Shown: in pieces, positions 14,791 to 27,948 of the stretch
How positions within the stretch are numbered: position 1 is the first letter of the stretch
Layout: the number at the start of each line of letters is the position of its first letter
Assembly (NCBI RefSeq): GCF_009914755.1
Contig: NC_060941.1
DNA: 64,000 bases
Source of the DNA: the human T2T-CHM13v2.0 reference genome, Homo sapiens
Strand: one strand, 5' to 3'
Translations under genes and position numbers: made by a program
Notes under the pieces: generated by a model
What the model saw: only the letters and a program-made list of their open reading frames with translations
Told to the model about the DNA's origin: nothing
The model's database searches: none

Positions 14791-15585
14791 GCCTATTACT
14801 TGTGTAGATATATGGCCTTCTGAAGTCCATAAGGCATGTGCAGAGGGTGGTGGCATGTTGCCTCTGTCCATATGGAAACTGATAAGCAAGAAGTGAAGTG
14901 CAGGGCCCTGTGTCTAACCCCAGAGCAGGTGGGCCTGAGACCTGGAGCTGGCAGGCAGCTGGGGTCCCCGTATTCCCACAGAGCGGGCAGGCAGGTCCCT
15001 GGAGACCAGTGCCATGGGGTCAGGCTGGGGGATGGGCACTGGTGAGAGGCGGCAGGGGGCCAGCTCTAGGGATGCTGTCTGGCCTCTGAGAGACACCCCC
15101 CCATCCACCCATTTCTTATCCCAGCACCTCTGGCCCCTGTTGATGGGGTCAAGTGGCCTCAGCCTAGAAGGTGCAGATTGGAGGGAGGAATGGAAGTCTC
15201 CTGGCATCTTGGGTGGTATTTGGAATGCAGACAATGCGAATGGAAGGATGTGTTGTGATTTCTTTTAGGACAACAGGTCCTCTCCTTATTTCCCGCCTGC
15301 TCCTCTCCACTGCCACTCTCCACCCTTCAGCTCTGCACACCTGGACAGTGAACAGCTGTTCCCGTGCCTGCTGCCTCAGCTCAGCATGCGTGTGCAATGC
15401 TAGACGGCCCCCTGCACACAGTGTCCTGGCCGCCTGGCTGCCTTGGGCCAAGGGAGTGTCTCTTGTGGACGGTCAGTTTCCTCTGGGACATAGGTTCTCC
15501 CCTGCACAGTCTTAGCTGCTCCCAGTCAGTGGCATCTACCCTGCTGCGTTTCAGGCTGGTTCTCGTCTCCGTGCATCATTCTGGC

Positions 15586-15990
15586 TGCGGCAGGCAGAGT
15601 TCCAGGTCAGCACCTGGTGTACACACATCTCCAAGTTCTTCAGCCAAACACAAACCGAGGTGCAGCTGTGAGGGGATTTTGCGGCAGGGGGGCGGTCATT
15701 AAGGACCCAGGTAGGGAGTTTATCAGGTGGGCCTGACCTAAGCAGATGAGCCTTTGAAACACAGAGAGTTTTCTCCAGCTGGTCGCAGAACAGGAAGCCA
15801 GGGGATTCCACAGTAAAAGGGATGGGGCAAAGGGGAACTTCTCCACTGGTGGCGTGAAAGTGGAGGGGTCCCGTGGTGAGGAATGTGCATCTGAGCTTCT
15901 GACTGACAGAAAAGTGGCCTTCAGAAAAATGGTGTTGCTTAAGCCCCTGAGCTGGAGGTGTTTTGTTACTCATCAGTGGCACATGCACGC
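15586..15990 (+). mobile_element. MLT1E-like MaLR LTR (internally deleted)
   Basis: TGCGGCAGGCAGAGTT start, GGGATTTTGC, GGTGGGCCTGACCTAAGCAGATGAGCCTTT, TGTTGCTTAAGCCCCTGAG...TTTGTTAC end. Confidence 0.65.
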
Positions 15991-16239
15991 CCAGGTCAGG
16001 CGGTGCCTCCTGCCTCCTGCTTCCTGAGCTCTGCAATCCCTCCTGCCTCAGTTGCTTTGCAGGCTGCTCCGCTTGACTGCCGGCCCCAGGAAGGCAAGGC
16101 CCCGCCATACCAGCTGCTCACCTGTGGCACCAGCAGGTGCTTGCTCACTGTAGGCTGGGGAACGAGCTGGCACCTGCTCACACCCCTCCCACTCTCTGCA
16201 CCACACGGCTGGGCTGGGCATCTGGAGACCTGGGCTGAG

Positions 16240-16335
16240 TGCAGAGACCCCGCTTTCTACTTGTGCGATCTCTGCCAGCTACCTTGCCATTTTGTGCCTC
16301 AGTTTCCTCCTCTGTAAAATAAAAACAGCAACAGG
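16240..16335 (+). mobile_element. MIR SINE fragment
   Basis: TGTGCCTCAGTTTCCTCCTCTGTAAAAT core. Confidence 0.75.
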
Positions 16336-16634
16336 AACCACCTTGAGCACATTTTTTTCGTGCCCCGGCACCAGGCGCTGTGCCGACGGAGCCGATGCTG
16401 TCACGTAACCGGATCAAATGTTCCCAGGACTTTCTGTGTGCTGCTTGCCTGCGCCCTGCTTTCTGGGTGTGTGTTCCAGCTTCTGAACTATATCGAAGGG
16501 TCCCAAAGGCATTTTGGGGTGGGGGCACCTCATGGCACCTCACTGATCTGCTCACACCAAATGCAAAAACCAAAACCCACTGAGACTCATTCTGGAATTA
16601 CCTGCAGTTACCCCAAGCAGCCAGGTTGTCTCGG

Positions 16635-17075
16635 ACCCAGGGCCTCTGCACGCACCGTCCCTCTGTGTGGAGCATTCTTCCCTGGGGAGCGTGTTCAGCC
16701 TTGGCCTCAGCTCCACGGGCTCCTCCTCCACCCTTCTCCCACCTCCCCTCCAGGTCTCCATCAGTTCCCTCCTTGGGGCTGCCCTGGCCCCAGGCTTCCC
16801 CTTCCATGCCCTCCCTCTGTGCTGTAAGCCCCTGCCTGCCAGCCCGACTTCGGTCCCCACGCCCCCACCTGCACAGTGGTGAGGCAGGACCAGAGCCTCA
16901 TTCCCTTGTATGTCCCCAGTCTCCCATGGTGCCTGACTTGTAGCAGTTGTTCATGCTGTGATCCATGCATGCAATGGTTGTTCTAGAGCACCCGTGTTGG
17001 ACAAGCCAGGCCCCAGTCCTCGTGGAGCCCTGGGCTAGCACTCAGGGGACGTTTGCTGAATGAATGAACAATGAA
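16635..17075 (+). mobile_element. L2 LINE 3' fragments
   Basis: CCAGGGCCTCTGCAC...CCCTCTG..TGGAGCATTCTTCCC and terminal TTTGCTGAATGAATGAA. Confidence 0.55.
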
Positions 17076-17114
17076 GGCTCATACTGGGGCCAATTAAATG
17101 GAAAATATGGAACA

Positions 17115-18145
17115 ATGTGTGTGCAGCGTGTATGCACGTGTTGTGTATATGTATGTGTGGTGTATGCGAGTGTGTAGTATGTGTGCGTGTATGCACGTGT
17201 GTATATATGCCTGTGGGCATGATGTGTGTTATATAAATGTGTGTGCAGCATGTATGCACATGTTGTGTATATGTGTGTGTGGTGTATGTGAGTGTGTGGT
17301 ATGTGTGCGTGTAGACGCATGCGTGTATATACGTATGTGGGGTGGTGTGTGTATATAAATGTGTGTGGTGTATATGCACGTGTTGTGCATGATCTGTGTG
17401 TGGTGTAAGTGTGTATGCACATATGTGTATATGTGTGAGGGCATAGTGTGTATGTGTGTCATGTATGCATGTGTTGTGTGTGATATGTGTGAGTGTATGG
17501 TGTGTGTATGGTATGTGTGCGTGTATGAACATGTGTGTATGTATGTGGGCATGTGTATATAAATGTGTGTGGTGTGTATGCACATGTTGTGATATGTGTG
17601 GTGTGTATGCACATGTGTGTATGTGTGAAGGCATGGTGGTATGGGTGTGAGTGAATGTGTGTGAGGTGTATACATGTGTGTGATATGTGTGAGCGTATTG
17701 TGTATGTGTGTGCACATATGCACATATGTATACATGTATGAGGGTATGGTGTGTATGAATGCATTGTGTTGTGTATGCATGTGTTGTATGTGATATGTGT
17801 GTGCTGTGTGGTATGTGTGTGTATGCACGTGTGTATATATGTGTGAAGGCATGGTGTTATGTGTGTGTGAATGTGTGCATGTATGCATGTGTTGTGTGTG
17901 ATATGTGTGAGTGTATGGTATATGTGTATATGTGTGTATGCACATATGTGTATGTGTGAGGGCATGGTGCATATGTATAAATGTGTGTGGTGTGTATCCA
18001 CGTGTTGTGATGTCTGTGTGGTGTATGTGTGTGGTGTATGTGTGTGTGCCTCTATGCATGTGTGTGTATATATGTGAGGGCATGGTGCGTGTGTGTATGA
18101 ATGTATGTGTGGTGTGTATGCACGTGTTGTGTATGTGTGTGGCAT
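17115..18145. repeat. ~1 kb degenerate (TG)n/(RY)n tract with higher-order ~105-120 bp units
   Basis: Continuous TG/TA/CA dinucleotides with recurring GTGAGGGCATGG and TATAAATGTGTGTGG anchors. Confidence 0.95.
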
Positions 18146-19455
18146 GATCCCCACCCACAGTAAAGGGGTGACTACCACTCTCTGACCCTGAGCCCCTCTC
18201 TGTTCAACCCTCCAGCCTCCCTTCTGCTCTCTGACAGCCAGAGGAACCAGCCTGCTTCTGCCCTGTCTCCGTCCATCTCTCCTAAGAAGGAAAATTGGGC
18301 ATTTTCCCAAAAGGTTCTGCTGGTTTAAAAGCAGGGAGGGGGAAAGGGGGAACTGCCTGCAAATGTCACTTGCAGATGAAATTTCTGAAATGCAAGAGAG
18401 ACCAAAACAGAAACCTCAAATCAGCCCAGACCCAGCCTCAAGAGGGCAGGCCGGGGCACCCCTCCCCTGCAGTGCCCATTTCTGTGCCAGCCAAGAAACT
18501 GCTCTGGTTACAAAGGCTGCACTTTCTCAATTTCCGTGACTTAGACTCCAAATTATCCCAAAGGCAGGATGTGGAGTCTCTGAGTGGAAGAATGACCATT
18601 CACCTGGCTCTCCTTCCAGAACCTGCTGCATCCAGAGGCTTTCTGAATTTCCATGGATGTGGGGAGGAGCCACAACACAAAAGTGACACCTGGGCTACTG
18701 GGGCCCCCCACAAACAGCAGGGAATCCCTGGAGCCACAGCATCCCCGCTCCCACCCAGGAGGCCCAGGCCGTGAGCTCTTCTCTTCCCGTGGCCACACTT
18801 CATCAGGGAGCAGGTTTCCACCTGGAGCGTGGAGACTCTGAAGCCAGTGGGAAGGAGGCTCTGGGCACAGGCAGCGTTGCAGCCCCAGTGAGAGATCCTT
18901 CTGCAGGTGCACACCTGGGCGATGGGCAGAGGGGAGGGGGCTGGAAGGCAGCCCGAGGAGCAGCAGGCCGCGAGCCCACAGGGTCCAGGAAGAGCTCGCA
19001 CCTGGGCACCCAGCCCGGGCCATCCTTCTGCGGCCTGGCCAGCAGCCATGTGCACTGGCTGCCACAGGGCAGGCGGCTGCCATCCCATCTGCACCTCAGC
19101 TGGGGCCTGGGTTCTGTGCCAAGTGGTCCCTACCAGCCTCATACAGGCGGGTAGTGGTGCCCTAGGCAGGTGGCGTGGGCTCTGGGGGTAGGAGAGGGGG
19201 CATGTAGGGGGCTGTGAAGCTGTGTCTCAGGGGCAGCAGGGGCAGGACAGGACCAGGCAGAGGGGACCCAGCTGGGTTTGGGCAGCTGGAAGGAAACTCC
19301 CCACCAGCTCGGCTGGCCTCGGCCTTGTTATTCTACCCAGGATCCACAAAGCCCCCAGAAGAGGCTCAGGCAGGTTCTCAAGGGCCCTCCTGGAGTCCCC
19401 TTCAGGGCCACACTCCTGTCCATATCAGGGACTTGCGGCAGCATTTTCTAATACA

Positions 19456-19713
19456 ATGCAAATCAACAATTGCCTTGCTGAAGAACAAGGGGTAAAAAAA
19501 ATCACTGTAAACAAAGTCTCCGTTGCCATGGAGACTATTAAAAATAGATTGGCCACCCTACCCCCTTCCTTCTGGGTAATGTACAGCGAGTTCCTTCACA
19601 CCACATTATTATTACTTTTTAATTATGAATAATTTCCTCCTTTCCATAGGAAGATGGATTAACACACACAACTTCCCCACAAAGCCCCTCAGCGTGTATT
19701 TCCATATGCAAAT
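19456..19713. promoter_or_regulatory. Candidate enhancer (OCT, SOX, FOX and RFX motif cluster)
   Basis: ATGCAAAT 19456 and 19706, AACAAT 19465, TGTAAACA 19506, X-box GTTGCCATGGAGAC 19522-19535 in a non-repetitive AT-rich island; function inferred only. Confidence 0.45.
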
Positions 19714-22700
19714 GCGGCGGGACGGTGCCCCGTGTGTCCAGGCCCCAGGGCGAAAGCTCCCCGTGAATCCCTTCCACCTCTCCTGGTCTCCCTGCACTCT
19801 CAGCTTCCTAAGCCTGTGTCTGACTGTCCGTCTGGCTGTCTGTTCGCCTGCCTGCCTGCTCCAGGCTGCGGACTCAGAAACAGTAAAGACAGGTCTGGGA
19901 GGTCCGGCCTGGCAGAGCTAAGGAACTGCTGTGTGGGGTAAGCAGCAGACCCCCAAGAGGATGGGCACCTGGGAAGACAGCGTGCCCACGGGAGGACTGA
20001 ACAGCCTCTGCACTCCCGCTGGCGCGAACAGGCTCTGGTGAAAAGATGGGCTTTGTAGCTCCTTGCTGACATCTTTCCATTCAGTCGGGAGGAACCATGC
20101 AGCAACCCCCTGGCAGTGGGTCTGGGACAGAGCCCGAGGTGGCGGGAGCCAGGGCAGCGGGAGGGGCCGTCGCAGTCCAGCTCCCGTTCCCAGAGGGCTC
20201 CTGAGCCTCTGAGGTCCCCAGCTGCCAAAGCACAGGTCTGTTCCCCAGGGCAGCCTCCCCAGCTCATCGCCACGGTCCACATGCGGACAAAGACTCACAC
20301 CAATCCCAGGGCCACCAGGCTGCAATTTCATCACGGGGTTCTGAGTCTGGGGAGTTCAAGTGACTTCTGAGACCACTTGGGGGTGCAATCTGCCCGGTGC
20401 CACCTACGAGGACTGCCTTTGCCGAGGTACCTGGGCCGAGGCCCAGCAATACCTGGTAGAATCTTTGTATTCGTTTAAGCCCAGATGAGTTCCAAAGAGC
20501 CAGTCCCTGGCACACAGACTCTCACCTTTAGGAGGCTGCCCATGGCTGGACCCTGAGTGATCCCCACATGAAGTGTGGGGCTAAATACTCCAAGGTCCAT
20601 TTTTTGATCCTGGGGGTCAGAGTACCTCCCCTCCCCCACCCAGGGAGAAGGGGGCACTGTGCACCCCTGAGGCCGACCCTAGCGGCTGTGGAAGAGCTAA
20701 GGAAACTTGGAAGCCCTGGACATCTCGGCTCTTGTATTTCAGCACGGCAGACGCAGATGGAGGAGAGAGAAACTCCCTCCTCTGGTGGTGTGTGCATGCA
20801 GGCAGCCCCAAGCTTTCCAAAGCCACTCTGCCGGCTCCTGGGGCCACCAGGGCGGGCAGCTAGATGGCCAAGTGGCAGGACAGTCACACAATTGCATGCG
20901 GCTCAGTTACGATGGGCACACAGGGAGCAGGTCCTCGGAGGGAGGGGCTGGGGCGGAGTCGGCTCCCTGCCTGACGTTTAGGTGAAACTCTTCTTTCATC
21001 TGGGCCCTGGGGGAGGCAGAGTCTGTGTGGGTCATAAGGAGGGGTCTCTGCAAATGGCAGCCTGCATGTGCTGGGGCTGTGGAGGAAGGGAGAGGGACTG
21101 CAGGGGTCTCTGAGCATGCCGCAGACCCCAGGGGAGCCCACACACTGGAGCAGGCCCCTCCCACCTCCTCACCTGCAGACGCCCCCAGACTCTGAGAGTC
21201 TCTGCTCCCCTCTCCACTGACATGGGCCCCAGAATTCCAGGAGGAGGCTGGAAAAGGCCATGCCTGCGCTGCCTCCTTCTGCCGCCGCCTCTTCCTCTCG
21301 CCTGCACTCCAGGGTCCATGTGGTGCAACGGAGTCCTTCCAGCACCCCCAGGCAGGGCAGGGCTGCCCACAGGTGCCCCCACAAGGCCAAGGGCTGCCAC
21401 CTGCACGGACAGGTCTCAGCTCACCTGGGAGGGCCAAAGGACAGCTGGAATCCTCCCCGGGAGCAGCTGGAATCACCTGCAACCCTCGGTCAAGGAGTGG
21501 ACCTGGGAGCAGTTACTGCACCCAGAGCTCCCTCCCTCTTCTGGTCTGAGGTGCTTTGGCCATGGCCCCTGCCAAACCAGCCCTTCCTGCTCTGCCCACC
21601 GCCAAGCCCAAAGCCTCCTCCCTAGCAGACCCGCCAGCTCTCCTGCTAGGCATAGTATAGGGCAAGGATAGCACCACAGTCCCCATTCTCACTGTCAGCC
21701 CCCACTATCCATCAAGGACGCCCAATGGTTCCAGGATCCAAGACAGCGACGTGGCCCAGCACTTCTGGTGTGGCCCCTGCGATGGCGTGACCAGAGAGAG
21801 CGAAGACACTTGCTCTCCCACGGGGGCCAGCAGGTGAACCCTGGGGCCAATCCCAGTAGCCTCCTGTGGGGAGAGAAGCTGCAGGAGAAGTGGAGGCCGG
21901 CCCTCCCCCGCACCCACCCCTCCAGGTTGGGATGGGGCTGCCACTCAGGCTTCAGCAGCCCCTTGGATCTATCTGCCTCGATTGCTGACCCCTTGGTACT
22001 GACAAGCGCAGCTGGCTGTTTTGTGACCTTTAGAATCTAAAGCAACACAAATAGAGCAGCCCCCTTGCCATGAAAGTCTGCAGGGCAAACTGTGGGCCCA
22101 GGGGATGTGCTGTTTTGGGGATGCGGCTCTCCCTCCTGCTGGCTGCACCTGGCTGGCAGGTTGGGCAGGACCCATGTTCCTTACCCGCATCCGAGGAATA
22201 CCACAGTTGCCTGGTAAGCCCCAGGCCCCTTGGCATGGTTTGCAGCAGGGTTCGCATGGCAGGGAGTGGAAAGGCGGCCCCACCCTGTCCCTGCCGCTCT
22301 CCCCAGCTCTGCATAAGGGGCACATCTCTCCTGGCAGGGTGGAAGGGGCAGCCAGGTGTTCTGCCAGGATGGCAGGAAAGGGGAGAAGTGGCTGTGACTG
22401 TGCCTATGTCATCTGCACAGCCTGGGGGAGAGGAGAGAAGATAACAGAGGCAGAGAAGCTTCTCCTTGCTCCCCGTAAGAGTCTCTCAGCCCCTCAGCCT
22501 CTCCCAAAACCCCTGGTCAGAGGCAGAATACTCACTCCTGCTCAGGGGTGCCTCAGCTGAAGCTCTCAGGAAAGAAGGGGCCTGGCTCTGCAGTTCTTGA
22601 GGACATCAGAGAGGACACCCCTGGCCCTGTCACAATCCCTTCCAGAGAGCACCAGCGGCCTGGCTTGTCCCTGGATGTTGAAAAGTAGCTGTTCCCCACG

Positions 22701-22759
22701 GCCTTTCTTTCTCAGAGGAACATGCCCAACCAGGCAGGGAAGAGTCCTGACTACAAGCC

Positions 22760-23490
22760 AATGGGCTGCCCGACACCCATAAGGATGGCTGCTATCAAAA
22801 GCACAGAAAATAACAAGGCATTGGCGAGGGTGTGGGGAAGTTGCAACCCTCATGCATTGCTGGTGGGAATGGAAGATGGCGCCGCTGCTGCGGAAAAGGA
22901 AGGTTTGGCGGTTCCTTAAACAATCAGATGGAATTGCCATATGGTCAGCAACCCTGCTCCTGGGTACAGCCCCAAGAGAACTGAGAGCCGCAACTCCAAC
23001 TGAGAAGTGCACTTCGTGTTCACGGCAGCATCACTCTCAATAGCCACACGGGGCGGCAGCCCAGTGTCCACGGATGGACGAATGGAGAAACAGAACATGC
23101 TCCATGCATAGAGGGAATATGACCAGCCTTACAATGGGAGGAAATTCTGACACACACAACATGGGAGAACCCTGGGGACATGACGCTGAGTGAAGTAAGC
23201 TGGTCACAACAGGACAAATCCTGTGTGAGTCCACTCATGTGAGGTCCTTAGAGTCATCAGGTTCAGAGACAGAAAGGAGAATGGAGATGCCAGGGGCTGG
23301 GGAGATAGGAAGGGGGCTTCGTGTTTCCTGGGGACAGAGCTTCAGGTTAGAAAGATGAGAACATTCTGGAGATGGATGGTGATGGCCGCACAACAAGGTG
23401 AATGTACTTAATGCCACTGAACAGTGCACTTAAAAATGGTTAAGATGGTACATTTTATGTTATGCATATTTTACCACAACGACAAAAAGT
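22760..23490 (+). mobile_element. L1MB-type LINE (ORF2 end and 3' UTR)
   Basis: CATTGCTGGTGGGAATG, TTCTGGAGATGGATGGTGATGG, TACTTAATGCCACTGAAC...CTTAAAAATGGTTAAGATGGT...TATTTTACCACAA. Confidence 0.92.
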
Positions 23491-24994
23491 TTTTTCCAAT
23501 CGCAGGGATGTATGTGTTCCATCCAGCTGCCTAGTCCTCCCTCCTTGCACACCCACCCATGCACACGCGTGCACACACGTTTCCCACACTAAAAGTTGGC
23601 CACGTTCTTCCTACAGCAAAAGAAAGGTACCTGCCCCCAATTTTCCCTCCACTAGATAATCTCCTTGAACAATTTCATAAAGAAGGATTCACACCGTGCC
23701 ACGCGAGAAAGCCGTGTGTGTCAGCCAAGAGCCTGCGGCCTCTGGCCAAGAGCAAGAAGAAAGGCACAGACATAGATGCCCAGACATGTGAAGGTGGTCA
23801 GTCGTGGGGCCAAGTCTCAGGGCAGCATCCCAGCTCAGGGATGCTTCTTGGCAAGGAGGTCTGGGAGAAAATCAGGAAGTGGCAGACTAAGACCAAGACA
23901 GAGAGGGATGGATGTGGCTGTGCCAAGTGCCCTGGCATCCCCCAAGTCTGGGTGGCAAATCCACTCTCCTTAGACTTGCTGCTTGAGAAGGAGGTTTGGG
24001 AGAGGAATTCCTTCCCAAAAAGTGAGGGAGGACATGGCACGGAAGACCCAGCCCCTTCCCATGCAGCCTGGTACCAGGCAGTAGGTTTGAGGAGATGGCA
24101 CCCTTGTCTGTGCTAGCTCAGACTGGGTCACCACCCAGCTACAAATGTATCCTTATTTAATCTATAGCAATTATATTCACATTCTGCTAGACAAATAGAT
24201 TTTACAAGCCCTCAGTTAAATGTGGATAATTACGTCTGCTGGTGTCGAGGGACCGTATCGTCCAAGCTCAGGAGGAAGCGTGGCATCCTGAGTCCTCCTA
24301 ATGCTGTAAATTAGCAGGCAACATTCCCATGGCAGCTAAGCAATTATCCATGATTTCATTTTTCCCCACGCCCCCTCCTCACCTCTGTGGGCTGCCCGGC
24401 CATGCCTGTGCACACATGTGTGTATGGATGTTTCAGGCATACGTGGCTGGGAATGGCTCATCTGTCTCTCGAGTTGCTAAGATGCCTTTTCCCCGTGAGA
24501 GGCCTCTCCCCATGTTGGGGTGCCACCCACTGCTCTGTGCTCTCCTGTGCCAACCTTTCTCCTGAAAATGTCCATCATCAGAGGTGTTTCCAGAAAACCA
24601 AAGATGAGCCAACGCCTCACCACTGCCAAGACCTACGTCTTGGCAGGGTTCTTGCAGATGCAGGAGGTCAAACAGGAGCTTCGGAAGTGCATAGCAGGCA
24701 ACGAGGACCACCCAGTGCTCACAATGGTTGCCTGTGTGCATGTACACACACGTGTGCACAAAATTCAGAGGCGCTCAGGCGCTCCGAGGTTCACAAACGC
24801 CTGCAGCTCTGCCACTTTTACACAGGGCAATCTTGGAGAAGCCCCTTCATCTCCAGACCTCAGCACGTTCACCTCTAAACGGGAGAAGTGATACCCACCT
24901 CCCACCTGCAGTCACCCTCACAATGTGGTTGTGAGATCATACGCAATGAAAAATAGGAAAGCATTTTGAAACACACAAAGCACCAATGAAATCA

Positions 24995-25474
<480 letters not shown>

Positions 25475-25951
25475 TCACTTTACAAAAGGTCCCTTTAACG
25501 TGGAAATGGAAAGTTTCTGAGTGCATTTCAAATCTACTGCCATTTTTAAAAATACTTGTTTATCTACAAGTTTCTCAGAACATATGTGCAGCACCAAGTC
25601 AGGGACTCCCAATTAGAACGCCCCCACCCACGAAGGGAGCATGGGAGGAAAGTGTGAGTCAGCGGCCCCAGGGCTGCTGGGCGGAGTCCTCTGCCAGCCA
25701 GCCTGCTAGAGTCCCCTGGGACCTTCTCCCTCCACAGCCATGTCCAGGCTCTGTCCAGCACCTAGGTCTGCCCCCATCCCAACCCAGGAGAAGGGGTCCA
25801 CATTCTCACAGGGGTCTCCATGGCACCACTGTTAGCAGGCAGGGCAGGCCTAGGGGAGGGAAGTGCACGGGAACCGCTTGCCTCCCAGCCACTGCTCTGC
25901 AGCTGAAGAGCTCGGCCACCCGAGGGGAGGGCGGAGGAAAGAGGCCTTGCT

Positions 25952-26595
25952 GTGAGGAATCTCACCCCTGCCACAGGAGGGTCAGGCCTCTGCCCTCAGC
26001 TTCTAGGACGGGATGTCTAAGCCCCTGGAACGGCTTACTGATGAGTGTCTTTATTTACTCAGGGTCTTCGTCTAGCCAGGAAGTAATAATGTGATGTGGG
26101 GGCTGGTCTGGGGTCTCACGGGATCAGCTGACCTCTAGAAAGCCTGGAGACTCAGGTCAGCCATGTACACCTCCCAAGCCGCCATGATGAAGCTGGTGAA
26201 GACTCGGGCATGGAGGCCCAGGGGCTTCCCTGCTGAGTGAGCCTCCCCTGGTGGGTTGAGGGGCTTCCCTACTGGGTGAGCCTCCCCAGGTGGGTCGAGG
26301 GCCTTCCCTGCTGGGTGAGCCTCCCCAGGTGCTGTCAAACATCAGTGCCAGGAAGATGACACCATCCTGGCTTCACAGCAGAGGGCAGGATGCTCCGTGC
26401 CCTAACCTACAGGCCTCCATGCCCTAACCTCCGCGGCCGCTTCTCTCAGCTGGTTCCACCCTGTGTCTTTTAGCTGTAATGAACCCTGAGCGTGAGAACC
26501 ATGACTGCTGGGCTCCGAGGTCCTCTAGCAAACAACCGGGCCTGAGAGTGGTTCTGGAAGCCTCTACGCTTGAGGCTGGTGTCAGAAGTGGGGCT
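25952..26595 (+). mobile_element. MER21-family (MER21B/C-like) LTR
   Basis: CTAAGCCCCTGGAA, GCTTCCCTG, GCTGTAATGAACC, CCTGAGAGTGGTTCTGG, terminal GCTGGTGTCAGAAGTG. Confidence 0.65.
26220..26331. repeat. 39-bp tandem repeat, ~2.9 copies
   Basis: AGGGGCTTCCCTGCTGGGTGAGCCTCCCCAGGTGGGTYG units starting at 26220, 26259 and 26298. Confidence 0.9.
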
Positions 26596-26896
26596 GCTTG
26601 AAGTGGATGGCCCCCTCAATGTGGAAGGAGGCTGGGCCTGGCTGCCTGCCAAGCCTAGGGGCCTCTCCAGAGCCCACGGACCACAGCCACTGGCAGGACA
26701 GCAGCTCTCAGCCCCTCCCCCTGAAGAAAGCATGTGGGGAGGGACAGGGCCCAGGGCCTCACCTGGACAGGAGGCGAGGCTCAAATGACCCATGCTGGCA
26801 TTGGGTGACAGGAGGGGGCCCCAGAAGTTGAGGACACAAGGAACATGGACCCCTGACCAGGGCATGCGGGACCCCAGGGGCACACCGAACGCGGTC

Positions 26897-26940
26897 ACCA
26901 TAGGACCAAACAAGATGACCATAGGACCAAGCAAGATGAC
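26897..26940. repeat. 21-bp tandem duplication
   Basis: ACCATAGGACCAARCAAGATG x2, one mismatch. Confidence 0.9.
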
Positions 26941-27948
26941 GCAGGCCCCTGGCAAGCCTGAGGCCGGGGCAGCAGCCATGCTCTCTCCTCCTGTGGTGGG
27001 GAGGTCTCCTTGAGGCCTTGGGACAAGGGCAGAGAGAGAGAAGGGGAAGGAAGTGATCAGGTGCCGGAAGGCCCCGTGAGGGTGGCCCACGAGGCTCATG
27101 GGTTCCAGGAACCCACGCCCCACCCCAAGCTGCCCGGTCCTCAGCAACTGGCCCCATGTTCCACAGGCTCAGCAGCTCCCAACAGAATTCTAGGTGCTGC
27201 CCAGACGAGATGAGGAGGGGGACTTGCCGGCTGCTGGCTTCCAGCCTCATGGGGTACAGAGGCACCCAGGGAGGGGCAGAGAGGGGAGAAGAGCATTGAA
27301 GGGGCTGAGAGAGGCGGGACTTGGAGCCTGGGGAGAAGGGTGTGGGCCGGGGAGGAGAGGAGAGGTCCTGAGAAGGCCCTCTGATGATAGCTGCTCTGGA
27401 GAGGCAGAAGGGAGACAGGGAAACAGGGGGAGCCATGTGCAGACAGCAGTTGGGACGGGCACGCGGGGAGGGCTGGCCCCCGACAGCGGCAGCACAGCCT
27501 CGTCTTCCTGGTAAATCATCCTATGGCCTCGCTGGCAACTGTGACCAAGATGCCCAACCCCCCTCCCCACACATTCAACCCCTCCCTCCGTCCTGTGCTG
27601 CCACAGCACCCCCACTGCCTCCCTGTGCCCGGCCCTCCACTCCCAGGCCGGTGCCTCCAGGAAGCCCAGGGGGTCACCTGCCCGAGCCGGCTGCTGCCCT
27701 CTGTGTTTCACCCAGGGCTTCCCGGCCCAGGCTGCCTTCTCTGTCCTCCCGCTCCCTACACACCCCTTCATTTGTGGAAGCCGCCAGGCAGACACTCGGT
27801 CTGGGCAAGGCCCAGGGTCCAGCAGCCTCAGGCTGGGCGGGGCCAGGCTGGGCAGATGCTGGGTCGTCACCCCGGCAGTGCTCCTCTCTGCCTGGGCGCA
27901 GTGGCGGGAACCCGGGGTGCACCCTGGCTCTTTCTGCTTCATCACCAC

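Noticed and set aside
17035-18310. Long His/Thr-rich and Cys/Val-rich ORFs (up to 309 aa)
   Set aside because: Translation artefacts of the TG/CA tract; open in several frames on both strands.
26398-26430. Telomere-like CCCTAA hexamers
   Set aside because: Only two non-adjacent copies, produced by a short duplication; not an interstitial telomeric array.
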